From Anaerolineae bacterium (GTDB taxonomy: Bacteria; Chloroflexota; Anaerolineae; B4-G1; SLSP01): a DNA stretch of 64,000 nucleotides. Below are positions 58,701-64,000 of this stretch, one piece after another. Where the stretch lies: assembly GCA_034435555.1 (NCBI GenBank), contig DAOTXC010000006.1, positions 1,435-65,434 on the forward strand, read 5' to 3'. The translations under genes and the position numbers were made by a program. Each line of letters opens with the position of its first letter. The stretch's first letter is position 1. The notes beneath the pieces are model-generated. The model did not search any database. It worked only from the letters and a program-made list of their open reading frames with translations, and was not told where the DNA came from.

Positions 58701-59242
58701 ACACGCGAATGTTGACCCGCGCCGTCGAGCGGCTCAAGGCGGAGCGCGCGGATCAACCGGTCCCCCCGCGCCCGCTGGGGTCAATCACCATCGAGTTGCC
58801 GCTGGCCGTGGGCCTGCCGCCCGAATACGTCCCCGACGACACATTGCGCCTGCAACTCTATCGCCGGCTGGCGGAGCTCACCCTTGAGGACGAGATCGCC
58901 CAATTGCAGGAGGAGCTCCAGGATCGCTTCGGGCCGCTGCCGAAGACCGCGCAGAATCTGCTCTACCAGCTGCGGCTCAAGGTGCTGGCCCGCGATGCGC
59001 GCATCCCCTCCATCGCGGTGGAGAGCGGGCAGATCGCCCTGCGCCTCCCGTGGCTGCAACAGTTGGAGAACGAGCAGCTCATCACACTGCGCCTCACGCT
59101 CCGCGCCCACGAAGCGCGGGTGGGTCGCCGCGAAATCTGGCTTCCCATCTCCTGGGAGCAGGAGCAATGGCGACAGAATCTCGAAAGCGTCCTGGAGGCG
59201 CTGGCGGGCTGGTGGGAAGCGCAAGCGCCCACAACCGATTAA
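55736..59242 (+). CDS. mfd: transcription-repair coupling factor
   Basis: [11 protein letters not shown] Walker A, DEEQRFGV, and TRG/translocation module. GTG start after AAGGAG. Confidence 0.9.
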   Translation: MSAPFHGLLEWIEAHPAYVKLQQQLQTGLELPPQPLLPAATPALLATLTPHLEVPLLVVVPGVEESRRLLQALRFWLGPDAPLLPYPEPPTLPYEHAPWTPETIADRTHVLATLFLHRMGAQEGQPPLIVASLRALMQRTLPYRQFRRAARHLEPGHREPLTSLIRHCSNIGYEAVSVVETPGQYSHRGGILDIFPPHTPTPYRLEFFGDEIDSLRTFDPATQRSIARAAGFWLTPVREALPRDSERARLALDRLLTRPIPPELHGQLEQERQALEAGVPFPTLEYYLPYLYQEVGALPHHLPDEALVVLYNAPQHAPRWAALEAEALAQRERATAENLLPSDAPSPILTWEHWQEALGGRRTLAFGYDESAPLGEALSAGPHFAGRLDEAMGRIRQWVSIGDQVVVLSRQAERLAELWQDFTSPPVLKALPQAPQSLITFVNASAPGGWQLHTTAGTRHLITDEELFGWQLPEPRRRPRRRVTAPEFPFADLEPGNAVVHEDYGIGLFQGLVQRSVDDITREYLLLEYAGRDRLYVPIHQADRLSRYVGPESFTPSLSRLGSAEWSEAKTRVRQATAEMARELLELYAARQIVEGYAFAPDTPWQAELEAAFPYIETEDQLQAIAAVKEDMEQTRPMDRLICGDAGYGKTEVALRAAFKAVMDDKQVALLVPTTVLAQQHFQTFQQRLAPFPVRVELLSRFRTGAEQRQVLAEMTAGQVDIVIGTHRLLQKDVRFKDLGLVIIDEEQRFGVGHKERLKQLRTEVDVLTLTATPIPRTLYMALTGVRDVNIIETPPQERLPISTYVGPYEADIARRAILREVQRGGQVFYVHNRVESIRSVASRLQQLAPEARIGVGHGRMRERELERVMQKFTGGEIDVLLATTIIESGLDFPNANTLIVERADRFGLAQLYQLRGRVGRGTRRGYAYFFHGRRVKDEARQRLDALQETGSVGGGFSIALRDLELRGAGDLLGTRQHGSIAAVGFTLYTRMLTRAVERLKAERADQPVPPRPLGSITIELPLAVGLPPEYVPDDTLRLQLYRRLAELTLEDEIAQLQEELQDRFGPLPKTAQNLLYQLRLKVLARDARIPSIAVESGQIALRLPWLQQLENEQLITLRLTLRAHEARVGRREIWLPISWEQEQWRQNLESVLEALAGWWEAQAPTTD

Positions 59243-59251
59243 CCCAAGCGA

Positions 59252-59287
59252 AACCGGGGACGAGAATCTCGTCCCCGGTTTGTTGTT
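59252..59287 (+). terminator. rho-independent terminator
   Basis: aaccggggacgag-aat-ctcgtccccggtt followed by tgttgtt. Confidence 0.75.
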
Positions 59288-59394
59288 GAAATAGCCAGCC
59301 CTCAGTGAGAAGAAATGACTCACAAGCCGACCTCCAAAAAAACCAAAGAGACTAACGAAAATTAACTAAACGAAACAAGATAAATTACACGTTG

Positions 59395-59423
59395 TTGACT
59401 TCTGTGTGGCTATCTCCTATAAT
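59395..59423 (+). promoter_or_regulatory. consensus sigma70-type promoter TTGACT-17-TATAAT with AT-rich UP region
   Basis: ttgacttctgtgtggctatctcctataat. An A-rich tract lies 5' of it. Confidence 0.55.
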
Positions 59424-59487
59424 GAAGTCAGACTCGGTTGGGTACTTTTTCGGGGCAGCAACGTTGTAACAACAAAAGGAGAGTAAA

Positions 59488-60315
59488 ATGACTAAACCCG
59501 CCCACACCATCTACATCGTTTCCGGCGGCAGCGGTGCCAGCGGCGAGCAGGTCGTGCATACCGTGTTGGTGCAATTCCCAGAAAATCACGTGCGGGTCAT
59601 CACCATGCCGCATGTGCGGCAACGCGCGCAAGTCGAAGAGATTATTGCGCAGGCGGTTGTCACAGGAGGCACCATCGTCCACACGCTGATTGAAACGCCG
59701 CTGCGCGAGTTACTGGTGCAAGAGACCGCCGCCCACGGCGTCCCTGCCTTCGATGTGATGGGGCCGCTGCTGACCCACTTAAGCGAAACGCTGGGCCAAC
59801 CGCCCCTGGAACAACCCGGCCTCTATCGCCGGCTCAACCGCGCCTATTTCGAGCGGGTCGCAGCGATTGAATACACGATGGCGCACGATGACGGGCAACG
59901 CCCGCATGGGTGGCACGAAGCGGAGATCATGTTGACAGCCGTCTCCCGGGCCGGCAAAACGCCGCTGAGCATGTATCTGGCGGTGCTCGGCTGGAAGGTC
60001 GCCAACCTGCCGCTCATCATGGGCATCCCCACCCCGCCGGAGCTCTTCGAACTCAACCCCCATCGCGTCTTTGGGCTGATGATTTCCCCGGCGCAGCTTG
60101 TCCGTCACCGCCAGGAGCGCCGGCAGCGCATGGGCGCGCCGGGCCTGGACAGCTACACCGACTACGAGACCATCAAACAGGAGCTCCAGGCTGCGGAACA
60201 GATCTTCCGACGCGGCAAATTCCAGATACTCGATGTCACCGACCGCCCCATCGAAGCCAGCGCGGATGACATCATCAAGCGCGTGACCGATTACTTCGGC
60301 AAAAAGCCGCGCTAG
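59488..60315 (+). CDS. pyruvate,phosphate dikinase / PEP synthase regulatory protein (DUF299 kinase-pyrophosphorylase)
   Basis: AAAGGAG RBS. P-loop VSRAGKTPLSMYLA. 275 aa. Confidence 0.8.
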   Translation: MTKPAHTIYIVSGGSGASGEQVVHTVLVQFPENHVRVITMPHVRQRAQVEEIIAQAVVTGGTIVHTLIETPLRELLVQETAAHGVPAFDVMGPLLTHLSETLGQPPLEQPGLYRRLNRAYFERVAAIEYTMAHDDGQRPHGWHEAEIMLTAVSRAGKTPLSMYLAVLGWKVANLPLIMGIPTPPELFELNPHRVFGLMISPAQLVRHRQERRQRMGAPGLDSYTDYETIKQELQAAEQIFRRGKFQILDVTDRPIEASADDIIKRVTDYFGKKPR

Positions 60316-60414
60316 GGTGCCTCCCTGCAAGCAGTAACGCTAGTACAGGATTTTATTAGATAAGTATTGATTTTATATGGTATAATAGAGTCAACACAAC
60401 TTGGGAGGCACGAG

Positions 60415-60849
60415 ATGCGCAAGCGAGCACAACAAATCCAGCTGTTCGGGTTGGCGCTGATCCTTCTAGTTCTGACCGGCTGCGGGGCCGCCAGCATAGC
60501 TGCACCGGCAGCAGAAGCCATCATCATCGAACCCACATTGCCCCGCAATCTGAGCGTAGCGGAGGTACACGCGCTGTACACCGACCCCGATGTGACCGTG
60601 ATTGATGTACGTGAAGCGTGGGAATATGCCGAGGGCCACATCCCTGGCGCATTGCTCCTGCCGCTCGATCAACTCCCGGCCCGATTGAACGAAATCCCGA
60701 CCGACCAGATGGTCATCTTCGTCTGCCGCAGCGATAATCGCAGCGGTCAGGCAACGAACTACGCCCGCCAGCGAGGGTTCACCAACGTCCACAATATGCT
60801 CGGCGGCATGATCGCCTGGCAAGCGGCAGGCTACGACATTGACAACTGA
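60415..60849 (+). CDS. rhodanese-domain lipoprotein
   Basis: GGGAGG RBS. Extended -10 TGGTATAAT upstream. LTGCGA lipobox. Active-site Cys loop CRSDNRS. Confidence 0.75.
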   Translation: MRKRAQQIQLFGLALILLVLTGCGAASIAAPAAEAIIIEPTLPRNLSVAEVHALYTDPDVTVIDVREAWEYAEGHIPGALLLPLDQLPARLNEIPTDQMVIFVCRSDNRSGQATNYARQRGFTNVHNMLGGMIAWQAAGYDIDN

Positions 60850-61120
60850 TTGCAAGCCGATAACAAGGCGGGAGGCAGTCATGCCTCCCACTTGCTGGTG
60901 AATGCCAATTATCCAACAGGATGCACATTGTACCCTCACACACTTGCCGCCCACACGATCCGAATTATACTGAAGCCTGCTTGTCCCGCGCGCGAAGTAA
61001 ACGCTCCGCGCCACGACTATTTTCGAGGAGACATTATGTTCCTTCAGCACACCACCGAGGACAAAAATGCAGGACAGGTTGGCAACCTGTCTTACGACTA
61101 CTATTTTCGAGGAGGCAAAT

Positions 61121-62164
61121 ATGACCTTACCCGCTATCCCTATGGATGAAATGCTCAATTTCTTGATGCGCTTGCTCAACACGCCCAGCCCCACCGGCGA
61201 TGTGGAGCCGGCCATGGCCGTCACCGCAGAGGCGTTCAATGAGCTGCCCGTCACGCTCAGCCGCACTCGCAAGGGCGGCCTCGTCATCACCTGGGACGGC
61301 GACGTCAGCCACCCCCGCGCCCTCACCGCCCACAACGACACCCTCGGCGCGATGGTGCGCGAGATCAAATCCAACGGACGGCTCAAACTCACCCAAATCG
61401 GCGGCTACGATTGGGGCGCAGTGGAGAACGAGGGCTGCACCATCGTCACCACCGACGGGCGCACCTATCGCGGCACCATCGTCACCACCAAGGCCTCCGT
61501 CCACATCTTCGGCGCGGAGGCGCGCGACCTCAAACGCGACGCCGAGGGGATGGAAGTGCGCCTTGACGCCCGCACGACCAAGAAGGAAGAGACCGAGGCG
61601 CTGGGCATCGCCGTGGGCAATTTCATCTACCTCGACCCCCGCGTCGAGCTCAACGACGGCTTCCTCCGCTCCCGCCATCTGGATGACAAGGCCGGCGTCG
61701 CCGCGATCTATGGCGCGCTGCTGGCCCTCCACCGCGCGGGATTGGCCCCCCGCTACCGCCTCACCGCCCTCATCTCCAACTATGAGGAAGTCGGCCACGG
61801 CGGGGCGGTCGGCTTCCCGGCGGATGTGGAGGAGCTAGTGGCGATTGATATGGCCGCCGCCGGGCCGGGGCAGGCCTCGGACGAGTTCAGCGTGGGCATC
61901 TGCGCCAAAGACAGCGGCGGCCCGTACTCCGCGCCGCTGCGCCGCCGCCTGGAGGCCCTCGCCCGCGAGCACGACATCCCCTACCAGGTGGATACCTACC
62001 CCTACTACGGTTCGGATGGCGAGGCCGCCTGGCGCGCCGGCGCCGACTTCGAGGTGGCGCTCATCGGCCCCGGTGTGGAAGGCTCCCACGCCTACGAGCG
62101 CACCCATCGCGACGCCCTCGAGGCCACCGCCCAACTCATCGCTGCCTACCTGCTCGCCTCATGA
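61121..62164 (+). CDS. M42-family aminopeptidase (FrvX-like)
   Basis: GAGGAGG RBS. HLDDKAGVAAI metal-binding motif. 347 aa. Confidence 0.75.
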   Translation: MTLPAIPMDEMLNFLMRLLNTPSPTGDVEPAMAVTAEAFNELPVTLSRTRKGGLVITWDGDVSHPRALTAHNDTLGAMVREIKSNGRLKLTQIGGYDWGAVENEGCTIVTTDGRTYRGTIVTTKASVHIFGAEARDLKRDAEGMEVRLDARTTKKEETEALGIAVGNFIYLDPRVELNDGFLRSRHLDDKAGVAAIYGALLALHRAGLAPRYRLTALISNYEEVGHGGAVGFPADVEELVAIDMAAAGPGQASDEFSVGICAKDSGGPYSAPLRRRLEALAREHDIPYQVDTYPYYGSDGEAAWRAGADFEVALIGPGVEGSHAYERTHRDALEATAQLIAAYLLAS

Positions 62165-62913
62165 ACGCGCCCCCCTCGCTCATCCGCTACGATACCAGCC
62201 CGCGCTCCGATCTGGTGCGCTTCTTCCGCGTCTTCCGGCTTGCCGGACGCGATCTCTTCGAGCAGATGTTCGTCCTGGGGCTGACCAATATCGCCGCGAT
62301 GCTCCTGTTGGGCGCGTGGACGGCCCTCCCGCAACTGCTGCCGCTCGCCGCCTTCGCCCCGCCACTGCTCGCGGGGCTGTGGAGCGCCGCCGCCCGCGTC
62401 GCCCGCGCCGAGGAAACCTCCTTCCACGATGTCTGGGAGGGCGCGCAGGATCACTTCGCGCGCTCGTGGCTGCTGGCTGCTGTCTCGGTTGTCGTCTACG
62501 GCGTCGTCTGGATGAACATCACCTTCTACACCCAGGAAAACGTCCCCCTCCCCTTCGAAGCCGGGCCGTGGGTCGTCACCCTGCTCCTGACCTTCTGGCT
62601 GCTGGCGGGCATCTTCTGGACGCTCTACTGGAGCTACATCCTCGCCTGGCTCACCTTTGAGGAACCGCACCTCTGGCCCGCGCTCAAGGGCGCGGCCTGG
62701 CTCCTCATCAGCCATGGCCCCTTCACGATTCTGCTCGCCGTCCTGATTGCGCTCTTCTTCGTGCTCAACACCTTCGTCCACGGCCTGCTCCTCTTCATCA
62801 CCTGGGCCGTGCTGGCCTGTTTCACCACGCGCAGCGTGCAGGTCCTCCTACACGGTATCCCCCAAGAGCTCCCCCCCGAAGTGCTTGAGCGCATCCTGGA
62901 GCAACAGCGATGA
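62161..62913 (+). CDS. hypothetical polytopic membrane protein
   Basis: ATGA overlap with the upstream stop. About 6 TM segments. No motif recognised. Confidence 0.45.
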   Translation: MNAPPSLIRYDTSPRSDLVRFFRVFRLAGRDLFEQMFVLGLTNIAAMLLLGAWTALPQLLPLAAFAPPLLAGLWSAAARVARAEETSFHDVWEGAQDHFARSWLLAAVSVVVYGVVWMNITFYTQENVPLPFEAGPWVVTLLLTFWLLAGIFWTLYWSYILAWLTFEEPHLWPALKGAAWLLISHGPFTILLAVLIALFFVLNTFVHGLLLFITWAVLACFTTRSVQVLLHGIPQELPPEVLERILEQQR

Positions 62914-63992
62914 CGGCGCTCTCCTGGCAGCTCCCTTACCTCACCGCCGACCTGCCCGGCATCGGTGGCGTCATCCGCGCGGAAATGACAGATTTCATCG
63001 TCGAGGAGGTCCCCGCTTACGAACCCTCCGGCGAGGGCGAGCACACCTTCTTCGCCGTCGAAAAGACGGGGCAGCCCACCTTCCGGCTGATCAAAGAGCT
63101 GGCGAGTCGGCTAGGCATCTCTGAGCGCGATATCGGCTACGCGGGGCTGAAGGACGCCCGCGCCGTGGCCCGGCAGACCCTCTCCGTGCCCAACGTCCCG
63201 CCGGAGACCCTGCTCGCGCTGGAACTCGATCAGGCCCGCGTGCTCTGGGCCGAGCGCCACATCCACAAGCTGCGCATCGGACACCTGCGCGGGAACCGCT
63301 TCACCCTCCGCATCCGCGAGACCGTTCCCGATGCTGCCGAGCGCGTCGCCGCCATCCTCGCCGTGCTCACCGAGCGCGGCGTCCCCAACGGTTACGGGCC
63401 GCAACGCTTCGGGCGGCGCGGCGACAACGCTGCCGTGGGCCTCGCCCTGCTGCGCAATGACCGCGCCGCGCTCCGCGAGTTGGGCGTGCGCCAGGTTCCC
63501 TATCACCTGCGCCGCCTCTACCTCAGCGCGCTGCAATCCGCGCTCTTCAACCAACTGCTGGCGGCGCGCATCGCCGGCGGCACAATGGATCGCATGTTGC
63601 TCGGCGACGTCGCCAAGAAGCAGGAGACGGGGGGCATCTTCAACGTGGAGGATTTGGAGGCCGAGCAACCACGCGCGCAAGCGTGGGAGATCAGCCCCAC
63701 CGGCCCCATCTACGGCTACAAGATGCGCGCGGCCCAGGCCGATGCCGCCGCGCTGGAGGCTGACATCCTCGCGCAGGCCGGGCTGATGCTGGAGGATTTC
63801 CGCCCGGCGAAGCTCAAAGGCTCGCGCCGCCCGCTGCGCTATCGCCTTGACGCGCTGGAATGGCAGCTGGAGGAACCGCACACGCTCGTCATCGCCTTCT
63901 TCGCGCCCAAAGGCTCCTTCGCCACCCTGCTCCTCCGCGAGCTGATGAAGACCGATCAAGTTCTGGAAGAAGATGATGACCCTGATGCTTGA
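62910..63992 (+). CDS. truD: tRNA pseudouridine(13) synthase
   Basis: GYAGLKDARAV catalytic Asp motif and PNGYGPQRFG. 360 aa. Confidence 0.8.
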   Translation: MTALSWQLPYLTADLPGIGGVIRAEMTDFIVEEVPAYEPSGEGEHTFFAVEKTGQPTFRLIKELASRLGISERDIGYAGLKDARAVARQTLSVPNVPPETLLALELDQARVLWAERHIHKLRIGHLRGNRFTLRIRETVPDAAERVAAILAVLTERGVPNGYGPQRFGRRGDNAAVGLALLRNDRAALRELGVRQVPYHLRRLYLSALQSALFNQLLAARIAGGTMDRMLLGDVAKKQETGGIFNVEDLEAEQPRAQAWEISPTGPIYGYKMRAAQADAAALEADILAQAGLMLEDFRPAKLKGSRRPLRYRLDALEWQLEEPHTLVIAFFAPKGSFATLLLRELMKTDQVLEEDDDPDA

Positions 63993-64000
63993 TTTGGATG

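Overview
High-GC bacterial chromosomal segment with dense coding on both strands, about 48 supportable CDS and no rRNA, tRNA or CRISPR detected. Most genes are housekeeping: upp, ndk, pth, mfd, tmk, truD, rarA and htpG, plus two Hsp20 paralogs, two SPFH/band-7 proteins, several peptidases (M3 PepF, S10, M42, asparaginase), ABC substrate-binding lipoproteins and MFS transporters. Large NBR1-like, DUF11 and YVTN surface proteins together with the high GC suggest a Chloroflexota-like organism; this is inference. Standouts: (1) a stand-alone 1122-aa NACHT-LRR STAND NTPase (24369..27737), a bacterial NLR-like protein with an N-terminal helical domain, lower GC than its flanks, and its own promoter and terminator hairpins; it is the best candidate for an antiphage or cell-death module. 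(2) An adjacent xanthine-dehydrogenase-family molybdo-enzyme whose fused CoxS-like N-terminal domain has lost all eight [2Fe-2S] cysteines. (3) A B12-binding (GlmS-like) domain fused to a glutamate-mutase-E-like barrel, next to an opine-dehydrogenase-like gene behind a 450-bp AT-rich leader. (4) A TPR protein with a long acidic PDWL-repeat region. (5) Recurring short DNA motifs: a TTCGCTGAYTCG leader element at five loci, a 23 to 27 bp palindrome at two loci, and paired inverted repeats flanking both hsp20 promoters. Coordinates of starts come from the ORF track refined by RBS inspection and may be off by a few nt.
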